DNA of 64,000 nucleotides from a virus. Numbering within the stretch: the first letter of the stretch is position 1; every line of letters begins with the position of its first letter. Under the pieces are notes generated by a model. That model did no database searches and was not told the DNA's origin. It was given only the letters and a program-made list of their open reading frames with translations. Made by a program: the position numbers and the translations under genes. Positions 19,203 through 27,096 of this stretch are shown here, piece after piece. The stretch lies in the IMG/VR virus record IMGVR_UViG_3300032116_000088, positions 1 to 64,000 of that record. The stretch is one strand, 5' to 3'.

Positions 19203-19768
19203 TGAGAGGCGCTAAACTTCAAGGAAGGTTTAACCTAGACTACGAAAGTAAGTCTATGTATGAAGGCATAGCCGAGGACCTTGGAGGCACCGTAGGTGTA
19301 GAGGTGGACTGGTTTAGATGGCAAAATTATTACCTAGAAGAAAATTTTGATGATATTGTAGACCCAATTTATGACGTTTCATCTTCAGAGCCTAATAAAG
19401 GTAGAAGATGGATGCTTCCATTTAAAATGCCTGCAGTTATGGCCCAGTTTGTTCGTGGTACCAACGTCATGAACGAACGTGGTTTCTATGTAACTGACAC
19501 ACTTCGCCTAGTTATTAACATTGGCGATGCACAAAGACTTCTTCCAAGTCTAATTACTGATTCAAACAATCATATTAAAGATAGAATTATATATCGTGGA
19601 GAAGTTTTTGTTCCTACACGAGTTCTTCCTCGTGGCTCATTTGGATACAACTTTGCTGTTCTAACTGTAGACTGCAACCAGATGAACCCAGAAGAACTAG
19701 TAAACGACCCGCAATTCCAGACATATGCCTCAGCATCTGTCCCTAATCCTAGGATTAATAATGGCTAA
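19202..19768 (+). CDS. Head closure / stopper-like protein
   Basis: KDRIIYRGEVF motif; neck-region position; TAATG start at 19202. Confidence 0.55.
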   Translation: MRGAKLQGRFNLDYESKSMYEGIAEDLGGTVGVEVDWFRWQNYYLEENFDDIVDPIYDVSSSEPNKGRRWMLPFKMPAVMAQFVRGTNVMNERGFYVTDTLRLVINIGDAQRLLPSLITDSNNHIKDRIIYRGEVFVPTRVLPRGSFGYNFAVLTVDCNQMNPEELVNDPQFQTYASASVPNPRINNG

Positions 19769-19913
19769 AGTAAAATTAAAAAGTATTAAAACTAATGAAC
19801 AAAACCCCAAAGATAATATTGGTAGGGGTGGCAAAGTAGTTATGGAACGCCATAAAGGCAATGTTCCTAAAAAACCACTTAAAATGAAGAATCTTCAGAA
19901 GAGGAGTAAATAA
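19761..19913 (+). CDS. 50-aa Lys-rich micro-protein
   Basis: MAKVKLKSIK...; SD AGGA; coupled to the next gene. Confidence 0.65.
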   Translation: MAKVKLKSIKTNEQNPKDNIGRGGKVVMERHKGNVPKKPLKMKNLQKRSK

Positions 19914-20215
19914 TGACTAGTCACAAGAAAACCCATTCAAAGAAAGACCCACGCTTAGCTCGTGCCGGAGTATCTGGGTATAATAAGCCAAAGCGTACAC
20001 CTGGAGCTAAAAAGTCACACATCGTGGTTGCTAAAGAAGGTGACCAAGTTAAAACTATTAGATTTGGTCAGCAGGGTGTTTCAGGCTCGCCTAAGAAAAA
20101 GGGTGAATCAGAGGCTTACCGTAAGCGCCGTGAGTCCTTTAAGGCTCGTCACGCAAAGAACATTGCCAAGGGCAAAATGTCTGCGGCTTACTGGGCCGAT
20201 AAGGTTAAATGGTAA
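19913..20215 (+). CDS. Basic protein, DUF5754-like
   Basis: KTIRFGQQG...RRESFKARH...SAAYWADKVKW. Confidence 0.65.
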   Translation: MTSHKKTHSKKDPRLARAGVSGYNKPKRTPGAKKSHIVVAKEGDQVKTIRFGQQGVSGSPKKKGESEAYRKRRESFKARHAKNIAKGKMSAAYWADKVKW

Positions 20216-20472
20216 TGCCTAAGATTAGAACTCAAGATGGCGTAGGCCACAAAGTTACCAAAAAGAAAACCGATAAAGGTATTGGTAAAAAGGGTGACAT
20301 TATTGTTGACCACACCTCAAAGCAGGGTGGCAAGTACGATAAAATGAATCTGACCAAGGTTGCTGGGTCTAAAACTGTTAAAGAAGGCGTTAAGGCAACT
20401 CGTAAATGGCACAAAGAAAACCCACAGAAGAAGGCTAAAAATGGCAGCAAAAAAACCAGTAAAAAAGACTAA
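20215..20472 (+). CDS. Lys-rich small protein
   Basis: TAATG-coupled ATG 20215. Confidence 0.7.
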   Translation: MPKIRTQDGVGHKVTKKKTDKGIGKKGDIIVDHTSKQGGKYDKMNLTKVAGSKTVKEGVKATRKWHKENPQKKAKNGSKKTSKKD

Positions 20473-20641
20473 GTCTAAGGTTAACGAAGCTGGCAATTAC
20501 ACCAAGCCAGAACTCCGTAAATCATTATTTAAAAAGATTAAAGCAGGAACTAAAGGTGGAGACCCAGGTGAATGGTCTGCTCGTAAAGCTCAGCTTCTTG
20601 CTAGTGAATATAAGAAGGCTGGCGGAGGCTACAAGAACTAA
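20441..20641 (+). CDS. Basic protein, N-terminal half of a DUF5872-like family
   Basis: YTKPELRK...GTKGGDPGEWSARKAQLLASEYKKAGGGY. Confidence 0.7.
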   Translation: MAAKKPVKKTKSKVNEAGNYTKPELRKSLFKKIKAGTKGGDPGEWSARKAQLLASEYKKAGGGYKN

Positions 20642-20877
20642 TGGCTAAAGCAAGGTCCCAGCAGTCCCTAGATAAGTGGACTAAGGAGAAGTGGAGAACC
20701 TCAGATGGTAAACCATCTAAGGGTAAAAAACGCTATCTTCCTTCTGCTGCTTGGGATGCTTTAACTCCTGCAGAAAAGAAAGCTACTAACAGGGCTAAGG
20801 CTAAAGGAAACAAAAAGGGCAAACAATTTGTAGCCCAGCCAAAGAAAATTGCTAAGAAAGCTGCAAGGTACAGATAA
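20641..20877 (+). CDS. Basic protein, C-terminal half of a DUF5872-like family
   Basis: QQSLDKWTKEKWRT...RYLPSAAW..L...EK...KQFV. Confidence 0.7.
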   Translation: MAKARSQQSLDKWTKEKWRTSDGKPSKGKKRYLPSAAWDALTPAEKKATNRAKAKGNKKGKQFVAQPKKIAKKAARYR

Positions 20878-21158
20878 TGGCAGAGACTAAAAGATTTGGT
20901 CCATATAAAGGCTCTAAAGCCAATGGTGGTCGTCCTATCTACGTTTACAAGACAAAGGGCAAAGATGGTAAATGGCATACTACTTCTAAAAATAAAGCTC
21001 GTGCAGAGTATGAAGAGAAAAATGGAAAATTACCGCGTAATGTAGATGTAGACCATAAAAACAATAAACATGCTGATGACCGTAAATCTAATCTAAGGCC
21101 GTTAAAGCATGGTAAGAACACCGCCAAAGAAAACAGGCGGAGAGCAGGAAAGAAATAA
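20877..21158 (+). CDS. Small HNH-type nuclease
   Basis: DVDHKN...DDRKSNL...H..N. Confidence 0.75.
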   Translation: MAETKRFGPYKGSKANGGRPIYVYKTKGKDGKWHTTSKNKARAEYEEKNGKLPRNVDVDHKNNKHADDRKSNLRPLKHGKNTAKENRRRAGKK

Positions 21159-21325
21159 TGGCTAAAGAAAAAATGTGTTCATGTGGAAAGTGTGCTGCCT
21201 GTAAAGCTCGCATGAAAAAGAAGGGTTCAAAGACTACTAAGCTTGCTGCTATGTACGGCGACAAGAAGAAGGTTACCCGTGGCGATGTGATTACTGCCGC
21301 CAAAATGAAAAAGGGCAAGAAGTAA
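21158..21325 (+). CDS. 55-aa Lys-rich protein with CSCGKCAAC motif (not in ORF track)
   Basis: TAATG overlaps at both ends. Confidence 0.7.
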   Translation: MAKEKMCSCGKCAACKARMKKKGSKTTKLAAMYGDKKKVTRGDVITAAKMKKGKK

Positions 21326-21534
21326 TGGCAAGTAAAAAGAAATCCGTTCCTGGTGAAGGAACCCGGTTTAAAAAGCTAGAAGCTAAACTAGAGAAGTCTG
21401 GTAAAAGCGAAAAGGCTGCTAAGGCTATTGCTGCTGCTATTGGACGTAAAAAGTACGGCTCATCTGATATGGCAAAAGCCTCAGCTGCTGGTCGTAAAGG
21501 TAAAGTTCACCGTATGAAGAAAGGTGGCAAATAA
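21325..21534 (+). CDS. Lys/Ala-rich small protein
   Basis: RFKKLEAKL...AIAAAIGRKKYG; TAATG at both ends. Confidence 0.7.
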   Translation: MASKKKSVPGEGTRFKKLEAKLEKSGKSEKAAKAIAAAIGRKKYGSSDMAKASAAGRKGKVHRMKKGGK

Positions 21535-21593
21535 TGACTGATTGTACTTGCGAAAATTGCCAATGCAGTAAAAAAGAAGAAAACAATGGCTAA
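21534..21593 (+). CDS. 19-aa Cys-rich micropeptide MTDCTCENCQCSKKEENNG (not in ORF track)
   Basis: TAATG start, SD AGAAAGG upstream, overlaps the next start. Confidence 0.5.
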   Translation: MTDCTCENCQCSKKEENNG

Positions 21594-21735
21594 AGAAATT
21601 AAGATTAAAAAAGCTAAAAATACTAAGCTTAAAGTTAAAGCTAATCCTCTAACTAAATCGCATAATGTCGGTAAAGTTAACTCTAAAAAAGCCTCTAAAC
21701 CGGGCAATATGCCCTCTAACTATGGAGTGAAGTAA
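21586..21735 (+). CDS. 49-aa Lys-rich micro-protein (not in ORF track)
   Basis: MAKEIKIKKAKNTKLKVK... Confidence 0.6.
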   Translation: MAKEIKIKKAKNTKLKVKANPLTKSHNVGKVNSKKASKPGNMPSNYGVK

Positions 21736-21737
21736 TT

Positions 21738-21869
21738 ATGGCTAAGAAGTGTGGTTGTGGCGTCTGTCCGGCTTGTAAGGCCTCTAAGAACCCAAATATG
21801 AAGCGTAAGCAAACTCTTACGGTTCGCAATAAGCACAGTAATGCAAAAGCAAGAAAAGGAAGTAAATAA
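21738..21869 (+). CDS. 43-aa basic protein with CGCGVCPAC motif (not in ORF track)
   Basis: SD GGAG; TAATG into the next gene. Confidence 0.65.
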   Translation: MAKKCGCGVCPACKASKNPNMKRKQTLTVRNKHSNAKARKGSK

Positions 21870-22165
21870 TGGCTAAAAAACCATCTTATGAAAAGGGGAA
21901 ATATACCGAATCTAAGGACAAGAAAAAGGATGCAGCAATGCTCCGTAAGGCTGGTCTAACTGAAAAGGATGAGAAGAAGGCTTTTGAAAAGGCTGACAAG
22001 GCTCACGGTGCTAAGAAGAAGCCTAAGACTATGGCTGAAGACAAGAAAATTGATGCCAAGATTATAAAAGGAATTAAGGCTAAAGAAGCCGCTCACGAAA
22101 AGCGTGAGGGTAAAAAGGGCGAAAAGGCCGAAGAGAAGCGTGAAAAGAAGTATAAAAAGAAGTAG
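21869..22165 (+). CDS. Lys/Glu-rich small protein
   Basis: 98 aa; last gene before a terminator. Confidence 0.7.
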   Translation: MAKKPSYEKGKYTESKDKKKDAAMLRKAGLTEKDEKKAFEKADKAHGAKKKPKTMAEDKKIDAKIIKGIKAKEAAHEKREGKKGEKAEEKREKKYKKK

Positions 22166-22184
22166 TTCAACACAAACAAAGTTT

Positions 22185-22211
22185 AGCCAGCGTAATGCTG
22201 GCTTTTCTTTT
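22185..22211 (+). terminator. Intrinsic terminator closing the basic-protein cassette
   Basis: AGCCAGC-GTAAT-GCTGGCT + TTTCTTTT. Confidence 0.85.
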
Positions 22212-22280
22212 ATTCTTGAAGTATAGGAACCGTGCGGAACCTATCTACTTATGTAGTTTGCGCCTGTAAAGGATTTTGCG

Positions 22281-22478
22281 ATGTCTTCTCCAGAATTTAA
22301 ACCCTGGTGGACGAAGGTAAATGAGTACTTGGATTTCCAAGAAAGAAACCAGTTTCTTCAAGGAGCCAATGGAATTAATCCAAACCTTCGCCACGATATA
22401 CTGATGGGTATGCTTAGCTCAGGCTACATAAATAATAAATTCGAAAGACCGCAATCCCATACAGGTAAGAAACCATAG
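22281..22478 (+). CDS. Hypothetical protein
   Basis: SD AAAGGA; coupled to the next gene. Confidence 0.6.
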   Translation: MSSPEFKPWWTKVNEYLDFQERNQFLQGANGINPNLRHDILMGMLSSGYINNKFERPQSHTGKKP

Positions 22479-22795
22479 TGTTAGACTTTTTAAAGCCCGC
22501 ATTTCAAGACGCTAAAAAAGACTTAGTTAAAGAATTAACTAGGCAGGTGCGTATCTATACCCAAAATCAGGGATGGCCAGCAGAGATTGCCAGGTCTTTA
22601 TCTGTAAAAGATAATAAAACTTCTTTTAAAATATCCAGCTACCCATCTACTAAGGACCAGGTGTTTGACCTGGAACATCTGGGAAATGAAAACACAGCAA
22701 AGGGCTCTTTACGTAAATTCGGTAATATGAATACAGAATTTGGACGAGTATTTGTTGTGCTATTTGATTCTAGAGTTAGAAGGGCCAAGAAATGA
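22478..22795 (+). CDS. Putative neck / tail completion protein
   Basis: Position before the tail terminator; GWP...DLE motif. Confidence 0.45.
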   Translation: MLDFLKPAFQDAKKDLVKELTRQVRIYTQNQGWPAEIARSLSVKDNKTSFKISSYPSTKDQVFDLEHLGNENTAKGSLRKFGNMNTEFGRVFVVLFDSRVRRAKK

Positions 22796-23475
22796 CTTTT
22801 CTTTTAGCTGAAGATGAGGCACTACGTAAAAAACTTCAAGGAATGACTGTTAGTGACCAGAAGTCAGAGGGTCAGGATGTTCCTAGGCAAGTTTCTGTAT
22901 GGTTTGGCCAACCAGACCAAGAAATTAGAGCTCAAAGTTTTCCTTATATAACTATTGACATGATTGATATTCAAAGAGACACCGCTAGAGAAATGCGTGG
23001 TCTTGTTAACCCAGACTATCTTCGTCCTGACTCTATTGATATTGAAACAGAAGATTTTCTTGTTGATATTCCTATTCCTGTTTATATTGACTATCAAATT
23101 ACAACCTACTCTCGCCATCCAAGACATGACCGAGATATTTTGGCACAACTTCTTACAACGAAGTTTCCAATGAGATTTGGCTATCTAGAAATCCCAGAGA
23201 AAAGTGTAACAGTGGGAAATACCACTACTAACACAATTACTCTAAGAAGACTAGATGTCATGAACGTCGCCAAGCGTGACGTAACTGAACAGGCAAAGCG
23301 TCTGTTCGTAAACGCAATCTCTGTACGAGTCTCATCCGAGGTCGTGCAGGGACTATTCCGTCAACTTTACAAGGTGCAAACAGTTACTGTCAGTCCTCCT
23401 TCTGGTGAATACGCAGATGCCGGTTGGGATGGTTTGAATGAGTTTACTATATCGACAGAAGACGTAACCCCCTGA
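22792..23475 (+). CDS. Tail terminator / sheath stabiliser
   Basis: FPYITID, PVYIDYQITTYSR motifs; directly before the sheath gene. Confidence 0.65.
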   Translation: MTFLLAEDEALRKKLQGMTVSDQKSEGQDVPRQVSVWFGQPDQEIRAQSFPYITIDMIDIQRDTAREMRGLVNPDYLRPDSIDIETEDFLVDIPIPVYIDYQITTYSRHPRHDRDILAQLLTTKFPMRFGYLEIPEKSVTVGNTTTNTITLRRLDVMNVAKRDVTEQAKRLFVNAISVRVSSEVVQGLFRQLYKVQTVTVSPPSGEYADAGWDGLNEFTISTEDVTP

Positions 23476-23501
23476 AATAAATATCTAGTTAAGGAGAAAA
23501 A

Positions 23502-25457
23502 ATGGCGACTTATAATCGTCCCGGAGTGTTCATCAATGAGCTTCCACTGGCCGCAGCACCAGTAACTACAGCTGCAACAGCCAACGCGGCAGGTGCAGTT
23601 GTTGCATCTTTCGCTAAAGGCCCTGACCAGATTACTAGAGTAACGTCATGGTATGACTTTACCCAGAAGTTTGGTAATTATGATAAAGAATATCCTGCAA
23701 CATTTGGTGTGGGTTCATTCTTTAAAAATGGTGGAACTGAGCTTTATGTAAAGCGCGTTCTTCCAGCCGCATCAAAGAAGGTTGCAAAAGCTACTCTAAC
23801 TATTGCTTCTGGTGGTTCTGGTACTCTATGTACTTTTGCTGCTAAGAACCGCGGTGTTAGCGGAAACAGCCTTCGCATCAAAGTTACCCCTTCAAAGACA
23901 ATCAGAGAAGCAGGCTACTATGACCTAAGAGTTTATGTGGAAAATGCAAATCCAGCAACTCCTAGCGACACTAATGATGACATTCTAGTTGAAGAGTTTA
24001 ATGGAATTGTTTTCCACGATGCTTTATCTGGAGATTATGTAACTACTGTTTTGGGCTTTAACTCTTCTTATGTAAAAGTTCTAGAAGGAGTAGTAACTGA
24101 GTATGACGACAATGGTGTTGAAATTAGCCCAAAGGTAAACTACACTGTAGCAAAGAATGTTGCTTATATTCCTAGCTCAAGCGTAGTCTCTTTTAGCGGT
24201 GCACCAACAACTGCACGTAGCCTAACTTATGCTGACTACACTGGAAACACTGTTTATAACCCAGTTGCAGGAACCGGTACTTTTGCGGTTTCCGATTGCT
24301 CTGTTATCAAAGAGTTTGAAGTAGTTAACCAGCCACTAGTATTCTTCCTTCCAGATGTAGTTGGAACTGTAAAGAATAACTCTGTAGCTAAAAGCGCAAC
24401 CATCACTAACAGTGCTCGTACTGGAAGTCTAGTAACCATTACTACTTCTGAAACTCACGGATTCCTTGCAGGAGATACCGTAGTAGTTGCAGGAACTAAT
24501 GGAAACCCTTCTATCGAGGGAACTTGGGTAATTACCGAAGTTAATGCTGGAGCTAAAACCTTTAAGTATAACAGCACTGCAACAGGCACCATTACTTCTG
24601 CAGCCGATACTGGTACTGCAGTCGTTAATCCAACTGGTGGTTGGGGAGTAGCGCAGTACGTTTACAAGGCTCTTCTAAACTGGGTTGAGACTGACGATTC
24701 AAGTAAGCGTCACTTTGTGATTGTTGAAACTGAATCTGACTTGACTGTTAACCAGGCGCTTACCGCATCAGGTGATTTAGTTGAAGTTAGCCGTGGAGCC
24801 GTTTATTACCCACACATCTACATTAAAGACCCACTAGGTAGGTCTGGAAGTTCTATCCGTAAGATTGGTCCATCAGGTCCTGTAGCAGGTTTGTTCCTTG
24901 CAACAGACCGTCGTGTTGGTCCATTCAAGGTAGCTGCCGGTATCGACTCTCAGGTATACGATGCACTTGCTCTAGAGCGTGCATTTACCCCAGCAGAGCT
25001 TGACCAGTTAAACTCTGGAACTGATTCTACTGGTTCTATTAATGGAAAGAATGTTGTAAACGCTCTTCGTAACCTTCCAGGTGCTGGAATTGTTGTAATG
25101 GGTGGACGTACTCTTCTTCAGGATGGTACTGCAAACCGCTACATCAACATGCGTCGTTCACTATCGTATATTGAAAAGCGTCTAAATGACCTTGCATCAT
25201 TTGCGGTATTTGAAAACAACACAGAGACCCTGTGGTCTAGACTCATCACAGTTCTAGGTGTATTCCTAAACGACTACCGTAACCAAGGTGGTCTGCGTGG
25301 AACTACTCCAGAACAGTCATTCTACATTAAGTGTGACGATGAAAACAACACCCCTACAACAATCGCTAATGGAGAGGTTCACGTCGAAATTGGTGTGGCT
25401 CTTGAATACCCTGCAGAGTTTGTTGTCATCAACCTCAGTCAAAAGACTGCAGAATAA
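23502..25457 (+). CDS. Tail sheath protein
   Basis: YNRPGVFINE start; GGRTL, RYINMRR, FAVFENN, FYIKCD, PAEFVVI. Confidence 0.95.
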   Translation: MATYNRPGVFINELPLAAAPVTTAATANAAGAVVASFAKGPDQITRVTSWYDFTQKFGNYDKEYPATFGVGSFFKNGGTELYVKRVLPAASKKVAKATLTIASGGSGTLCTFAAKNRGVSGNSLRIKVTPSKTIREAGYYDLRVYVENANPATPSDTNDDILVEEFNGIVFHDALSGDYVTTVLGFNSSYVKVLEGVVTEYDDNGVEISPKVNYTVAKNVAYIPSSSVVSFSGAPTTARSLTYADYTGNTVYNPVAGTGTFAVSDCSVIKEFEVVNQPLVFFLPDVVGTVKNNSVAKSATITNSARTGSLVTITTSETHGFLAGDTVVVAGTNGNPSIEGTWVITEVNAGAKTFKYNSTATGTITSAADTGTAVVNPTGGWGVAQYVYKALLNWVETDDSSKRHFVIVETESDLTVNQALTASGDLVEVSRGAVYYPHIYIKDPLGRSGSSIRKIGPSGPVAGLFLATDRRVGPFKVAAGIDSQVYDALALERAFTPAELDQLNSGTDSTGSINGKNVVNALRNLPGAGIVVMGGRTLLQDGTANRYINMRRSLSYIEKRLNDLASFAVFENNTETLWSRLITVLGVFLNDYRNQGGLRGTTPEQSFYIKCDDENNTPTTIANGEVHVEIGVALEYPAEFVVINLSQKTAE

Positions 25458-25475
25458 CCGAAGGAGATATAATAA

Positions 25476-26111
25476 ATGGTTAATGGACCTACAATTATCA
25501 ATAACCGTTCAACTCTTGAGACCGACCCAATCAGAAACTTTAGGTTCCTGGTTACCTTTAAGCCACTAACTGGTGGTAACGCAGGTGGCGGCTCATGGTT
25601 GAAAACCCCAAAGGTGACTGTTGGCTTCACTTCGGTATCGGGTCTTTCGGTTACAACCGATAGCATCCCTTACCGTGAAGGTGGCTACAACACCACTGTA
25701 CACCAGATTCCTGGTCAGACAACCTTCTCACCTATCACATTGCAGCGTGGTGTTCTACTAGGAACTCCACAGCACTGGGACTGGATGCGTAAGTTGTTTG
25801 CTACCGTTCAAAATGGAACTACTGCTCGTCAGGGTGAAAACTTCCGTGCAGACGTAGAAATCGAAGTACTAACTCACCCAATCGCAGGTTCTGGTGGTAA
25901 CAACGAAGAGTTGACCACTGCGAACTACAAGGACCACGTTTCAGCTCGTTTCCAGGTCTACAATGCATGGCCAACTGCTGTTGCATACTCTGACCTAAAC
26001 GCAGGTGACAACGCTCTGTTTGTTGAGCAGATGACTCTTGTTCATGAAGGTTTCGACATGAACTGGGCTACTGACCTAACAACAGCTGGTTCTGCTCCAA
26101 AGTTTAAGTAA
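25476..26111 (+). CDS. Tail tube protein (T4 gp19-like)
   Basis: DPIRNFRF, YREGG, PGQTTFSPITLQRG, NAWP, EQMTLVHEG. Confidence 0.93.
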   Translation: MVNGPTIINNRSTLETDPIRNFRFLVTFKPLTGGNAGGGSWLKTPKVTVGFTSVSGLSVTTDSIPYREGGYNTTVHQIPGQTTFSPITLQRGVLLGTPQHWDWMRKLFATVQNGTTARQGENFRADVEIEVLTHPIAGSGGNNEELTTANYKDHVSARFQVYNAWPTAVAYSDLNAGDNALFVEQMTLVHEGFDMNWATDLTTAGSAPKFK

Positions 26112-26125
26112 AGTAAAGGATAAAT

Positions 26126-26941
26126 ATGGAAAACAATACACAATCAGCAAGTGGTTCAGAAATTAATAATGACCTTATTAACAAAGTTCTACAAAGCACG
26201 GAACAAAATTCCGCTACAATTCTAACTTTAGAAACTCCTTCGGATGTTTTGGTGACCCTCCCTGCTGGATTTATAAACTCCAATGGGGAGGTCATCAAGA
26301 CTGCAGAAGTTCGTGAGCTAAACGGTAAGGATGAAGAATACATAGGAAAAACCAATAATATTGGAAAAGCTTTTTCTACTATTCTTAATCGTGCCGTAGT
26401 TAAAATTGGTGACATTCCTACTACAGAAGCTATTCTAGACTCATTACTATCTGGGGATAGAGACGCTCTTATGGTTGGAATTTTTAAAGCAACTTTTGGC
26501 AATACAGTTGAAATTGCTTGTTACTGCGGTGGGTGTAACGATTTTAAAGACGTAGAAGTTAATATTGACCGTGATATTAAAAGTAAAATTCTAGTTGACC
26601 CTATTGCTGACCGTACTTTTACAGTTCAAGGAAGGTCTAGCGTCTATGACGTTACTCTACCAACTGGTGTAGTGCAAAAAGAACTTATTGCTAATAATGA
26701 CCGTAATGGTGCCGAGCAAACCACTATTCTTTTGCAGCATACAATTCTTGAAATTGATGGAAAGCCTGTTATGGGTAAAGCTCAGGTTCAAGCAATTGGT
26801 TTAGCTGACCGTAAAAAAATTAGTGATGAAATTGTAAAGCGCCTTCCTGGCCCACAGTTTGAAGACATCGTAATTGACTGCCCTGATTGTGAAGGAAAGG
26901 TTGTGGTTCCAATTAATCTTGGAACTTTGTTTCGCCTGTAA
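26126..26941 (+). CDS. Tail assembly chaperone / T4 gp26-like hub assembly protein
   Basis: VRELNGKDEE, GDRD.L, two CxxC motifs; between tube and tape measure. Confidence 0.7.
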   Translation: MENNTQSASGSEINNDLINKVLQSTEQNSATILTLETPSDVLVTLPAGFINSNGEVIKTAEVRELNGKDEEYIGKTNNIGKAFSTILNRAVVKIGDIPTTEAILDSLLSGDRDALMVGIFKATFGNTVEIACYCGGCNDFKDVEVNIDRDIKSKILVDPIADRTFTVQGRSSVYDVTLPTGVVQKELIANNDRNGAEQTTILLQHTILEIDGKPVMGKAQVQAIGLADRKKISDEIVKRLPGPQFEDIVIDCPDCEGKVVVPINLGTLFRL

Positions 26942-27095
26942 AACATCAAACTATTATAAGTTAATGTCTGATTGGATGGCATTATCTATAACGTTTACCG
27001 GATGGTCTTTAAATGAAATTAAAGAACTTTCGTATAAAGAAAGAAGCAACTGGCTAGAAATGGCTAGAGCTGCTGGAAAACTAGTGAGGACTTAA
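26931..27095 (+). CDS. Chaperone extension (T segment), probably reached by +1 frameshift; alternative ATG at 26964
   Basis: GWSLNEIKELSYKERSNW pattern typical of pre-tape-measure segments; open +1 frame overlaps the upstream stop. Confidence 0.6.
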   Translation, partial: FACKTSNYYKLMSDWMALSITFTGWSLNEIKELSYKERSNWLEMARAAGKLVRT

Positions 27096-27096
27096 T

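Noticed and set aside
20877-21158. Mobile homing endonuclease or intron
   Set aside because: Only 93 aa, no separate DNA-binding domain, does not interrupt a gene and is coupled into the cassette at both ends
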